NCBI GenBank assembly: GCA_963750775.1
Contig: CAVVRT010000003.1
Span: 155,273 to 219,272 of the forward strand
Source of the DNA: an uncultured beta proteobacterium
GTDB lineage: Bacteria; Pseudomonadota; Gammaproteobacteria; Burkholderiales; Gallionellaceae
DNA length: 64,000 nucleotides
Reading direction: 5' to 3'
Part shown: one piece after another, positions 1 to 9,442 of the stretch
Position numbering within the stretch: the first letter of the stretch is position 1
How the letters are laid out: each line of letters begins with the position of its first letter
Notes under the pieces: model-generated
The model's input: the letters and a program-made list of their open reading frames with translations, nothing else
What the model was told of the DNA's origin: nothing
Database searches by the model: none
Position numbers and translations under genes: made by a program

Positions 1-195
1 AATATGGATTTCTTGAATTATATTAGCGTGGTAAAACTTGCTATTACGACAACGGACAGAATAATGTCTATTCCGAAAAACAATGTCAACACCCGCATCA
101 ATAATATCTTTTTATCACCCCTAAAAAATAAACGTAGTCATGCAATTACAGCATGTGCTTATATTTATTTTTACCTAAAATAGTTGAGTAAACCT

Positions 196-816
196 ATGTC
201 TGAAGAACGTGCTGTATTAGATTTTTTTGCCTTGCCCGACAATTTACCCTTAGCTTTATCCGTTGCCGATCAAACCGATAGCCTGCGCGAGCAGCTCAAC
301 ACCCGCTTCTGGTCGCAACTCATCGCGCAGCTAGCCAGCACACTCGCGTCAGACTGGCGCATTTCCGCCACCGAAGACCGCAATGCCGCCGACAGCTTGG
401 TCGGCTTTTATTGCACACCGTTAAACGACCAGCCGATTTGCTTGCGCCCGATGATGGAGCAACAAAATCTCGGCAAAGGCTTGCAAATTTATTTGGGGCT
501 GATGTGGAGCAGTGCGCCGACTCCTGAACATCTCGCGCTACCTGCGGTGCAAGCCTTGCGCGAGTTAATGACAGAGCAAGGCTTAAAGGGCAATGAAAAT
601 TTTTTGGCGTGGCAATGGACACAACTCTATCCGCGTCGCAAAGATTTTTTGTTGCGCTACAACGCTCATGCTGAAGTCGTCATTAACGAAGCCAGCGCGT
701 TACTGCAAAAGCAGATTTTTAGCCAGCAAACTGCCATTGCCGCCGCCAACATCCAGCTCGCCGCCGCACCCCGCAGCATGACCATTTCGCTGGATAAGTT
801 GCGTAGTAAAAAGTGA
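196..816 (+). CDS. Hypothetical protein (~206 aa)
   Basis: ORF 184..816; first ATG at 196 (MSEERAVLDFFALPDNLPLAL...); no recognisable motif. Confidence 0.6.
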   Translation: MSEERAVLDFFALPDNLPLALSVADQTDSLREQLNTRFWSQLIAQLASTLASDWRISATEDRNAADSLVGFYCTPLNDQPICLRPMMEQQNLGKGLQIYLGLMWSSAPTPEHLALPAVQALRELMTEQGLKGNENFLAWQWTQLYPRRKDFLLRYNAHAEVVINEASALLQKQIFSQQTAIAAANIQLAAAPRSMTISLDKLRSKK

Positions 817-985
817 GTGAGTGGAACGGTGCTGCGCACCTTAAGTGGTAAGTGGGGGGGTGATAGAACCTGCGCATCGCCTTTGGCGTGTGTTGTTAGG
901 GACTTGTCCCCTTACAACCACGGACAAGCCCCTTGCGAGTTTCCACTTACACATCAGACGCAACGCGCCGCTCCACTGACCACTT
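811..985. repeat. MITE-like element with long imperfect terminal inverted repeats built on GAGTGGT/ACCACTC-type heptamers
   Basis: Left arm AAGTGAGTGAGTGGAACGGTGCTGCGCACCTTAAGTGGTAAGTGG pairs with right arm TTCCACTTACACATCAGACGCAACGCGCCGCTCCACTGACCACTT; related copy at 28461..28570. Confidence 0.7.
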
Positions 986-991
986 GCCGGC

Positions 992-1738
992 TTAGATGGG
1001 ATTGTCTTGATTGAAAAACTGATGAGCGAGCTTAAATTTTTCGGCCAAGTGTGCGCCCAGTGCTTGAATGCCAAACTGTTCGGTGGCGTGATGCCCCGCC
1101 GCGATAAACGCCACGCCACTCTCTTGTGCTAAATGAAAACTCTGCTCGGAAATTTCGCCCGTAATGTAAGCATCCACACCAAGCGCGATGGCTTGCGCAA
1201 AATAGCCTTGCGCCCCGCCCGTACACCAAGCCACACGCTTAATTTCACGCCCATCGCCCGCGATAATTTGTGGTGCACGTTGCAGCTGAGTGCCCAGCTG
1301 CGCCGCCAAATCTGCCAATGCCAGCGCACCTTTTAGCTCGCCCACATTAAGCAAATTATTTTCGCCATGACGCGCGACCAATCGCCAACCCATCAAGCGC
1401 GCTAACTCGGCGTTATTGCCTAATTGCGGATGCGCATCTAAAGGCAAGTGATATGCCAATAAACTCATTTCATGCCGCAATAGTTTGGCGATACGATTTT
1501 TCTTAATGCCGACAATCGGCGCGTCTTCATTGCGCCAAAAAAAACCGTGATGCACCAACAAGGCATCCGCGTGCCATGCCGCCGCTGCATCAATCACTGC
1601 TTGCGAGGCACTCACGGCGGAGGCAATACGCAGCACCTGAGCCCGCCCTTCCACTTGCAAACCATTCGGGCAATAGTCTTTGAATAAATGGGTTTGCAAA
1701 AGCTGTGCGGTATAATCTTGCAGTTCAAAAAGTTGCAT
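992..1738 (-). CDS. Nif3-like dinuclear metal center hexameric protein (YbgI family)
   Basis: DYCPNGLQVEG, LLVHHG, YHLPLDAH, ITGE, AGHHATE motifs. Confidence 0.95.
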   Translation of the reverse strand: MQLFELQDYTAQLLQTHLFKDYCPNGLQVEGRAQVLRIASAVSASQAVIDAAAAWHADALLVHHGFFWRNEDAPIVGIKKNRIAKLLRHEMSLLAYHLPLDAHPQLGNNAELARLMGWRLVARHGENNLLNVGELKGALALADLAAQLGTQLQRAPQIIAGDGREIKRVAWCTGGAQGYFAQAIALGVDAYITGEISEQSFHLAQESGVAFIAAGHHATEQFGIQALGAHLAEKFKLAHQFFNQDNPI

Positions 1739-1776
1739 ATTTTCCTCGTTAAAACATCACCAGAGTTCATCTTATC

Positions 1777-2928
1777 ATGCGTAAAAATTGGCTTTTATTT
1801 ACCCAAGCAGTCACCGTGGCACTCGCCGTGTTGTTTGTCATCAGCACCTTAAAACCAGAGCTGCTACCCAGTCGCCATGGCGTGGTAACCGTGTATCAAA
1901 ACGCGCCGCTGATTGCGAGCAACGAGACCCGCCCGACGACAGCTAGCTTTAGCACTGCGGCGCAAAAAGCCATGCCCTCAGTGGTCAACATCTTCACCAG
2001 CAGCGCGGCTAACAATCCCAATCACGCTTTACAAAACGATCCGCGTTTCAAGTTTTTTTTCGACGAACAACAAGAAGACTCGCAATCTAGCAACTCCAGC
2101 CTAGGCTCAGGCGTATTGGTCAGCGCGGACGGCTACATCCTCACCAATCACCACGTCATTGAAGCGGCCGATCAAATCGAGGTTGCCTTAGCCGACGGAC
2201 GCAAAGCGCGCGCCCATCTCATCGGCTCCGATCCCGACACCGACTTGGCAGTGATTAAAATTGACTTAGGCAAAAAGCTCGCTGCCATAACCTTTGCGCA
2301 AAGCGAAGCGGTGCGCATCGGCGACATGGTGTTGGCGATAGGCAATCCTTTTGGAGTGGGCGAAACCGTCACCATGGGCATCGTCAGCGCGCTCAAGCGT
2401 GACCACTTAGGGCTGAATACGTTTGAGAGCTACATTCAAACCGATGCCGCGATTAACCCAGGCAATTCAGGCGGCGCGCTGATAGATGTGAACGGCAATT
2501 TAATCGGCATCAACAGCGCGATTTACTCGCCCAATGGTGGCTCGCTCGGCATCGGTTTTGCCATTCCCGTCAGCACCGCGAAAAAAACCATGGAGCAAAT
2601 TATTCAACACGGCAGCGTCACGCGCGGCTGGATAGGCGCGAGTGTGCAAGAGCTCACGCCCGAACTCGCCGAATCGTTCAAGCTCGGCGCACTGCAAGGC
2701 GTATTGATTACCGATGTAATCAGCCGCAGCCCCGCCGAACGGGCGGGCATGAAAGCGGGCGACATCTTGCTAACCATAGAGGCGCGACCGATACAAGATT
2801 GGAGTGCCATGCTCGAAACTGTCGCCGCGATTGCCCCAGGCAAAAACATCGCCGCACAAGTGTTACGCGATGGCGCAACGCTCAACCTCAATCTAAAAGT
2901 CGGCATCCGCCCAAAACCAAGCAATTAA
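1777..2928 (+). CDS. Do/DegS-DegQ family periplasmic serine protease with one PDZ domain
   Basis: N-terminal TM; GSGV, TNHHV, DLAV, IQTDAAINPGNSGGAL; C-terminal PDZ. Confidence 0.95.
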   Translation: MRKNWLLFTQAVTVALAVLFVISTLKPELLPSRHGVVTVYQNAPLIASNETRPTTASFSTAAQKAMPSVVNIFTSSAANNPNHALQNDPRFKFFFDEQQEDSQSSNSSLGSGVLVSADGYILTNHHVIEAADQIEVALADGRKARAHLIGSDPDTDLAVIKIDLGKKLAAITFAQSEAVRIGDMVLAIGNPFGVGETVTMGIVSALKRDHLGLNTFESYIQTDAAINPGNSGGALIDVNGNLIGINSAIYSPNGGSLGIGFAIPVSTAKKTMEQIIQHGSVTRGWIGASVQELTPELAESFKLGALQGVLITDVISRSPAERAGMKAGDILLTIEARPIQDWSAMLETVAAIAPGKNIAAQVLRDGATLNLNLKVGIRPKPSN

Positions 2929-3039
2929 AGAGCGTGTAGGAGGGCGAGACTCACCATCAAAATCGCTCAGCCAATCGAACTCCGACAGGCTTGCTGTTCA
3001 CTAAAAATTCGACCTCATAGCAACGGCCAGTGTGTTAAG

Positions 3040-3245
3040 GTGCGCGCCGCTTTTAGGTGCTGGGTGATTTCTTCATCCAGTTAAACGGGAAACAGGTGCG
3101 GATTTATCCTATGCCTGTGCTGCCCCCGCAACGGTAAGCAAGTGTGAATGTATCAACATGCCATTGTGCGCAAGCATGAGAAGGCGATGCGTTTAACAAA
3201 ATGTCGCGAGACGTTTTGGACTTGTGAGCCCGGAGACCGGCCTGA
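3040..3245 (+). ncRNA. Cobalamin (B12) riboswitch
   Basis: Conserved blocks TAGGTGC...TTAAACGGGAAACAGGTG...GCCTGTGCTGCCCCCGCAACGGTAA...GAGAAGGC...GAGCCCGGAGACCGGCC upstream of btuB. Confidence 0.92.
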
Positions 3246-3419
3246 AAGTGTTGAGCAGAAGAAGTCGCGGGTGGCGGCCTCATAGCAACATTTTGCAACG
3301 CGCTTATGGGCACACGCCCGCCTCGCAACCGAGGCATATAAGTAGCGTTCGCGTCATGCGCACTTCTTCTGATTTTTAACGTACTCGCGGGGTCGCGGGT
3401 ACTCATCAGGAGTATCGCA

Positions 3420-5228
3420 ATGCATTATAAAAAAATCACCGTCGCCATTTTTTGCGCGGCAAGTTTCCCTACTTTTGCCGCTGAAACTTTGCCCGATGTG
3501 GTCGTGACCGCAACGCGCACCGAACAAGCTGCGGATAAAAATTTAGCGTCCACCACCGTTATCACCCGCGCTGACATCGAACGCTTGCAAGCACTATCGT
3601 TGACGGACGTGTTGCGCGGCGTGGCGGGCTTAACTTTGAGTAATAACGGCGGTGCAGGTAAAGCCACTTCGGTGTTTATGCGTGGCACGAATGCCGACCA
3701 TATTGTGGTGTTAGTCGATGGCATCAAAATCGGTTCGGCAACTTTAGGCACGGCTGCGTTTCAAGACATTCCTGTGGCGCAAATCGAGCGCATCGAAATC
3801 GTGCGTGGCCCACGTGCGAGCTTGTATGGCTCGGAAGCCATCGGCGGCGTCATCCAAATTTTTACCCGTCGTGGCAATGGTGCGCTGGCGAATTCCGCGA
3901 GTTTTACCGCAGGCAGTTATGGCACGTACAACAGTTCGGCGCGTGTCGCCGCCGGCGATGCGCAAGGCTGGATCAGCGCGAAAGTGAATCAGCAAAATGT
4001 GCGCGGTTTTAATGCCACTCGCAATGCAACAGGCGCGAACTTAGACAAAGATAGTTATCACAACACGGCTGTCAATTTGAATGCGGGCTATGTTGCGGAT
4101 AGTGGCATCAGCAGCGAAGTCAATGCGTTACAAGCGGTAAGTACCAATCAATATGACGCGAATCCTGCTCAAGCATATCAAGCCGAAGGTCTGCAACAAG
4201 TATTAGGCGGCAGCGTGAAATTTTCGCCTATGTCGGCATGGCAAACCACTTTGCGCGTTGGATCTAGTCAGGACAATTCCAATGCGTTTTTTAACGGCAC
4301 ATTCAACAGCCGCTTCAACACGCAACGCGACAGTTTGAGCGTGCAAAATGATTTTGCTTTACGCGATAATCAGTTGGTAACCATCGGTTTTGACCAACAA
4401 AAAGATGCAGTGAATAGCACCACTTTGTATGCCAAAACCACGCGCAACAACAATGCGTTTTTTAGCCAATATCAAGGCAGTGTAGGCGCGCAGAGTTTGC
4501 AACTTTCGGCACGGCGCGATAGCAATGAGCAATTTGGTACGCATAGCACCAGCGGGGTCGCGTATGGCTACGCGCTGAATGACGACACGCGTTTCACCGC
4601 GTCGGTTGGCACAGCGTTCAAAGCACCGACCTTTAACCAGTTGTATTACCCAGGCTTTGGCTCGGCAACGTTGCGTCCTGAACTGTCGCGCAGCGTAGAG
4701 ATGGGTGTGGCGCAACACACCGATTTGGGCAAATGGTCGCTGAATGCCTATGAAACCAAAATTACCGATTTGATTGGCTTCGATGCGAACTTCAATCCTG
4801 TGAATATCAACACCGCCACCTTGCGCGGCTTGGAAGCACAGGCACTCACGCATATTGCCGACTGGGACATCACCACCACTTTGACCTCGCAAGATCCCCG
4901 TCAAACCTCTGGGGCAAATAGCGGCAAGTTGCTTAATCGTCGTGCCACCAAAACCGCGCGCGTTGAATTGGCGCATCAATTTGCTGAGGTGCGCGTGGCG
5001 AGTTCGTTGTACGGCGAAGGTCGCCGTTACGATGATTTAGCCAATACGGCAGGCAAAAAGTTAGGCGGCTACGGCTTGCTCGACCTACGCGCCGAGTATC
5101 GCGTTGCGCCAGAGTGGCAGCTGCAAGGACGCTTGGATAATCTGACCGACAAACAATACGAGACGGCGCAATTCTTCAATCAAGCACGTCGCGGGTTATA
5201 CTTCACGCTGGCTTATCAAGCGAAGTAA
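3420..5228 (+). CDS. btuB: TonB-dependent vitamin B12 receptor
   Basis: Signal peptide, TonB box (DVVVTATR), plug motifs (VVLVDG, IERIEIVRGPRASLYGSEAIGGVIQIFT); follows B12 riboswitch. Confidence 0.92.
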   Translation: MHYKKITVAIFCAASFPTFAAETLPDVVVTATRTEQAADKNLASTTVITRADIERLQALSLTDVLRGVAGLTLSNNGGAGKATSVFMRGTNADHIVVLVDGIKIGSATLGTAAFQDIPVAQIERIEIVRGPRASLYGSEAIGGVIQIFTRRGNGALANSASFTAGSYGTYNSSARVAAGDAQGWISAKVNQQNVRGFNATRNATGANLDKDSYHNTAVNLNAGYVADSGISSEVNALQAVSTNQYDANPAQAYQAEGLQQVLGGSVKFSPMSAWQTTLRVGSSQDNSNAFFNGTFNSRFNTQRDSLSVQNDFALRDNQLVTIGFDQQKDAVNSTTLYAKTTRNNNAFFSQYQGSVGAQSLQLSARRDSNEQFGTHSTSGVAYGYALNDDTRFTASVGTAFKAPTFNQLYYPGFGSATLRPELSRSVEMGVAQHTDLGKWSLNAYETKITDLIGFDANFNPVNINTATLRGLEAQALTHIADWDITTTLTSQDPRQTSGANSGKLLNRRATKTARVELAHQFAEVRVASSLYGEGRRYDDLANTAGKKLGGYGLLDLRAEYRVAPEWQLQGRLDNLTDKQYETAQFFNQARRGLYFTLAYQAK

Positions 5229-5238
5229 CTATCGGTGT

Positions 5239-5274
5239 TGCAGCGACTTCCTAACGGCGGTCGCTGCATTTTTT
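5239..5274 (+). terminator. Terminator-like hairpin between btuB and btuM
   Basis: TGCAGCGAC-N12-GTCGCTGCA followed by TTTTTT. Confidence 0.6.
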
Positions 5275-5286
5275 AAGGAGAACAAT

Positions 5287-5844
5287 ATGCACAATTTATC
5301 CAATCGCAACACGCTTATCGGCTTTGCTTTAGTTGCCTTAATGGCGGCAACCCGTATGCATCATTTCGGCACGGCTTTACATTTACCCGATGCCTCGCTC
5401 GCGATTTTCATCCTCGCAGGATTTTTTATCGCTAGCCCCGCATTTTTCGCCGTACTGTTTTTAGAAGCGGTGGTGATTGATTACCTCGCCATTACGCAAT
5501 TCGGCGTGAGCGATTTTTGTATCACGCCAGCCTACTGGGGCTTGATTCCAACCTACTTAGTGCTGTGGGCAGCGGGGCGTTTTTACGCACGAGTTCAGCA
5601 AAACAATCTGAGCAGTGCTGGCGTATTTGCAGCCATTTCTTTTGTCGCCTTAAGCATCGCCTTCTTCATTTCTAACGGCTCGTTCTACGCATTTTCAGGG
5701 CGTTTCCCCGACATGAATATGAGCGACTACGTCGCGCGTGTTGCCCAATACTATGTGCCTTATTTGACTAGCGGCGTGACCTACCTCGTGCCTGCCGCAT
5801 TGATTTATGCAATCGCGCAACAACGCCTCACAACCCATGCCTGA
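5287..5844 (+). CDS. btuM: BtuM-type (S-component-like) cobalamin transporter
   Basis: TRMHHFG..LPDASLAIF, VIDY, GVSDFCITPAY, FYAFSGRF match remembered BtuM motifs; B12 operon context. Confidence 0.8.
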   Translation: MHNLSNRNTLIGFALVALMAATRMHHFGTALHLPDASLAIFILAGFFIASPAFFAVLFLEAVVIDYLAITQFGVSDFCITPAYWGLIPTYLVLWAAGRFYARVQQNNLSSAGVFAAISFVALSIAFFISNGSFYAFSGRFPDMNMSDYVARVAQYYVPYLTSGVTYLVPAALIYAIAQQRLTTHA

Positions 5845-6436
5845 TAACCAAGAACAGCATCAAAAACGCATGGCGCGCAAAAAAAGCGTCATCGACGCGT
5901 CTATCGCCAAAGCCAATGAAGACAAGGGTTTGCTGCTGGTGCTAACAGGCAACGGTAAAGGCAAATCCAGCTCCGCGTTCGGCATGGTGGCGCGCTGTTT
6001 GGGCTACGGATTTAAGGTTGGCGTAGCGCAATTTCTCAAGAGCCGCCGCGACACAGGCGAAGAAAAATTTTTAGGCACGCAAGCTGGTGTGGACTGGCAA
6101 GTGTTGGGCGACGGTTTTACCTGGGACACGCAAGATAAAGCCGCTGATATTGCGACCGCGCAACGCGGCTGGGTCGTGGCACAAGGCTATTTGCGCGATG
6201 CAAGTCTGCATCTGGTGGTGTTGGACGAGCTGACCTATTTGCTCAAATACGGCTATCTCGACAGCGCGCAAGTGTGTGCCGATTTGGCGGCGCGCCCTGC
6301 CATGCAACACGTTGTGATTACGGGTCGTGCCGCGCCCGATTGCTTGCTAGAACTTGCCGACACGGTCAGCGAAATCGCCGATGTCAAACACGCTTATCGC
6401 GCAGGCATCAAGGCGCAGCCTGGCATCGACTTGTAG
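5837..6436 (+). CDS. cobO: Cob(I)yrinic acid a,c-diamide adenosyltransferase
   Basis: LTGNGKGKSSSAFG, VVLDEL, VVITGR, ADTVSEI, KHAY..GIKAQPGIDL; ATG at 5837 overlaps btuM end. Confidence 0.95.
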   Translation: MPDNQEQHQKRMARKKSVIDASIAKANEDKGLLLVLTGNGKGKSSSAFGMVARCLGYGFKVGVAQFLKSRRDTGEEKFLGTQAGVDWQVLGDGFTWDTQDKAADIATAQRGWVVAQGYLRDASLHLVVLDELTYLLKYGYLDSAQVCADLAARPAMQHVVITGRAAPDCLLELADTVSEIADVKHAYRAGIKAQPGIDL

Positions 6437-6446
6437 AAGAAGTCAC

Positions 6447-6573
6447 TAGAAATTCAGATTTTTGGGATGAAGCACAAGAAGCCGCACAGCGAATGACGCA
6501 GACATATCAGATTGATAGACCAGGAATGAGCGCGCACGCGACGCGGTGATTCGCCCAAAAAATGAATTTATAG
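6447..6573. repeat. ~125-bp inverted-repeat (MITE-like) element between cobO and cobB
   Basis: TAGAAATTCAGATTTTTGGGATGAAGCAC pairs with GTGATTCGCCCAAAAAATGAATTTATA; core AGACATATC..GATAG resembles element at 10531..10660. Confidence 0.55.
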
Positions 6574-6582
6574 AGATTTCTT

Positions 6583-7869
6583 ATGCGATTTTGCCCCGCT
6601 CTTTTTATCAGCGCACCCGCCTCTAATCAAGGTAAAACCACCGTCACCGCCGCACTCGCCGCCTACCATCGTGAGCAAGGACGATGCGTGCGCGTGTTCA
6701 AAACGGGGCCCGATTTTATCGACCCGACCATCCTCGCAACGGCATCGGGACACGCGGTGTATCAGCTCGATTTATGGATGGGCAGCGTGGACGAATGCCG
6801 TGCGCGCCTCTATGACGCAGCGGGTGAGGCGGACTTGATTTTGATTGAAGGCGTGATGGGGCTGTTCGATGGCAAGCCTTCCAGTGCCGCTCTTGCCAAG
6901 CAATTTGGCGTGCCCATTTTGGCGGTGATTGATGCCAGCGCAATGGCGCAAACCTTTGCCGCACTCGCTGTCGGACTGGCGTGCTTGGATAGCGACTTAC
7001 CCTTCTTCGGCGTGCTGGCGAATCGTGTCGCCAGCGCACGTCATGCCGAGATGCTGACCGAACATTTACCCGACGATTTGAAATTTTGTGGCGCGTTACC
7101 GCGCGCCGCCGAAATCACCTTGCCCGAACGTCATCTGGGCTTATTGCAAGCTGCCGAACTACCCGACATTGCCGCCCGCATCGCTCATGCGGCAACGCTC
7201 ATGCAGCAACACGGCGTGACCGAACTCCCGCCAGCAGTAGGCTTTGCGCCTGCGCAATTACCCACATTGAAACGCGAATTACACGGTGTAAAAATCGCTG
7301 TGGCGCGGGATGCGGCGTTCTCATTTTTATATCAAGCCAATCTCGATGTACTGCGCGAAATGGGCGCACAACTATGCTTTTTCTCGCCCCTGCACGATGC
7401 CGTTTTGCCTGATTGCGACAGCGTTTATCTACCTGGCGGCTATCCTGAATTGCACCTGCAAAAACTATCCTCCAATGCTGCGATGTTGGCTGCGCTGCGC
7501 GCCCATCACGCGGCCGCCAAACCTATTCTGGCGGAGTGTGGCGGCATGTTGTATGCGCAGCAAACCTTGACCGACCAGCATGGCGCGTCAGCAAATTTAC
7601 TCGGCCTGCTCGATGGCACCGCCGTGATGCAGCCGCGTCTTGCGGCACTCGCTTTGCAAAGCGTGGCGCTGCCGCAAGGCACGTTGCGCGGGCATACTTT
7701 TCACTATTCCAAACTGGAAACTGAGCGGCTACCCGTCGCACGCGGACTGTGCCCGAATGGCTACGCCACGAGCGAAGCGGTGTATCAGCAAGCTCGTCTT
7801 ACCGCGTCTTACATCCATTTTTATTTCCCCTCTAATCCTGCTGCGGTGGCGCAACTGTTCTTGCCATGA
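6583..7869 (+). CDS. cobB: Cobyrinate/hydrogenobyrinate a,c-diamide synthase
   Basis: APASNQGKTT, FKTGPDFIDP, IEGVMGLFDG, LPERHLGL, LPGGYPEL, AECGG, GHTFHYS, ASYIHFYF. Confidence 0.95.
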   Translation: MRFCPALFISAPASNQGKTTVTAALAAYHREQGRCVRVFKTGPDFIDPTILATASGHAVYQLDLWMGSVDECRARLYDAAGEADLILIEGVMGLFDGKPSSAALAKQFGVPILAVIDASAMAQTFAALAVGLACLDSDLPFFGVLANRVASARHAEMLTEHLPDDLKFCGALPRAAEITLPERHLGLLQAAELPDIAARIAHAATLMQQHGVTELPPAVGFAPAQLPTLKRELHGVKIAVARDAAFSFLYQANLDVLREMGAQLCFFSPLHDAVLPDCDSVYLPGGYPELHLQKLSSNAAMLAALRAHHAAAKPILAECGGMLYAQQTLTDQHGASANLLGLLDGTAVMQPRLAALALQSVALPQGTLRGHTFHYSKLETERLPVARGLCPNGYATSEAVYQQARLTASYIHFYFPSNPAAVAQLFLP

Positions 7870-8513
7870 CGCATCGCTATTCCGAATCCGAGCGCGCCGC
7901 CATTTATCGTGTCATCGCCGAGCGACGCGACATGCGCCACTTTTGCGCTACAGCGATTCCCGAAGCAACGCTGCAACGCATCTTGCAAGCAGCGCATCAA
8001 GCCCCCAGCGTGGGGCTGATGCAGCCGTGGCGATTCATCCGCATTAGTGATAGCGCATTGCGCGAAAAAATTTATCAGTTGGTGGCGGCGGAACGGCAGT
8101 TGACGGCAGACACACTGAGCGAACGCGATGCAGAATTTTTGCGCCTAAAAGTGGAAGGCGTGTGCGAATGCGCTGAATTATTAGCCGCCGTATTAGCTCC
8201 CGATGACGGCACGATTTTTGGTCGGCGCACCCTGCCCGAAATGGACTTGGCATCGGTCGCCTGCGCGATTCAAAACATGTGGTTGGCAGCGCGTGCGGAA
8301 GGGCTGGGAATGGGCTGGGTATCGCTGTTTGAGCCGCGCGCCTTAGCGGATTTGTTGCATGTGCCAGCGGGAGGCAAGCCCATCGCCCTTTTATGTTTAG
8401 GGCAAGTTGAAGCATTTTATGCCGCCCCGATGTTGCAACTGGAGGGCTGGCGCAGCGCGCAGCCGCTGGAAAATCTGCTGTTTGAAAATCATTGGCACGA
8501 GCGTGCCGCATGA
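7866..8513 (+). CDS. bluB: 5,6-dimethylbenzimidazole synthase
   Basis: [50 protein letters not shown]. Confidence 0.93.
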   Translation: MTHRYSESERAAIYRVIAERRDMRHFCATAIPEATLQRILQAAHQAPSVGLMQPWRFIRISDSALREKIYQLVAAERQLTADTLSERDAEFLRLKVEGVCECAELLAAVLAPDDGTIFGRRTLPEMDLASVACAIQNMWLAARAEGLGMGWVSLFEPRALADLLHVPAGGKPIALLCLGQVEAFYAAPMLQLEGWRSAQPLENLLFENHWHERAA

Positions 8514-9442
8514 TGCTCGCGATGACGCTGTGCGCCGCCGTGCTGCTGGATGCCTTACTCGGTGAGCCGAGACGTTTTCATCCCTTGGTCGGGCTAGGCG
8601 ATGTTGCGCGGCGCGTGGAACGCTTTTGCTACCCCGCCAACCGAGCATCCGCTGCGCACCTTTATTGGCGGGGCATTGCGGCGGTGTGTCTGGTTATTTT
8701 CCCCTTCGTGTTACTCGCGGCATGGCTGCAAACTTTGCCCATCGTCGGCGCGATTTTTCCCATCATCGTTTTATATTTTTGTATCGCGCCACGCAGTTTG
8801 CGTGAACACGCCCTGCGCGTGTTCGTTGCCTTGCAAGCCAATGATTTAGCGGCTGCGCGCAGCGCGGTGAGCATGATGGTGAGCCGTGATACCACGCAAT
8901 TAACTGAAAACGGCGTGGCGAAAGCGACGGTTGAATCAGTATTGGAAAATGGTAACGATGCGATTTTTGCCGCGCTATTTTGGTTCGTCGTCGCTGGGCT
9001 GCCTGGCGTGGTTTTGTATCGCTTGAGCAACACGCTGGATGCGATGTGGGGCTATCGCAATGCGCGCTACAACTATTTCGGCTGGGCGGCGGCGCGCCTC
9101 GATGACGCGTTGAATTTTGTCCCCGCACGCCTCACCGCATTGAGCTATGCCTTGCTAGGAAAATCGCGTAGCGCGCTGCATTGTTGGCGCACACAAGCCC
9201 CGTTATGGGACAGCCCAAACGCAGGTCCCGTGATGGCGGCGGGTGCAGGCGCATTACAAGTAAAACTGGGTGGCGCAGCGATTTATCACGGCGTTAGCGA
9301 AGCGCGTCCCTTATTGGGCTGCGGTGCAGAGGTTGCGGCGGGCGACATCCCGCGTGCGGTGGCTTTGGTGCAAGGCGTTTTAGGGTGGTGGCTGGCGTTG
9401 ATTTTGCTCGTGTCAGGCGCATGGGAGATAGCTCATGCTTGA
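8510..9442 (+). CDS. cbiB: Adenosylcobinamide-phosphate synthase (CbiB/CobD)
   Basis: [44 protein letters not shown]; ATGA overlap with bluB. Confidence 0.95.
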   Translation: MMLAMTLCAAVLLDALLGEPRRFHPLVGLGDVARRVERFCYPANRASAAHLYWRGIAAVCLVIFPFVLLAAWLQTLPIVGAIFPIIVLYFCIAPRSLREHALRVFVALQANDLAAARSAVSMMVSRDTTQLTENGVAKATVESVLENGNDAIFAALFWFVVAGLPGVVLYRLSNTLDAMWGYRNARYNYFGWAAARLDDALNFVPARLTALSYALLGKSRSALHCWRTQAPLWDSPNAGPVMAAGAGALQVKLGGAAIYHGVSEARPLLGCGAEVAAGDIPRAVALVQGVLGWWLALILLVSGAWEIAHA

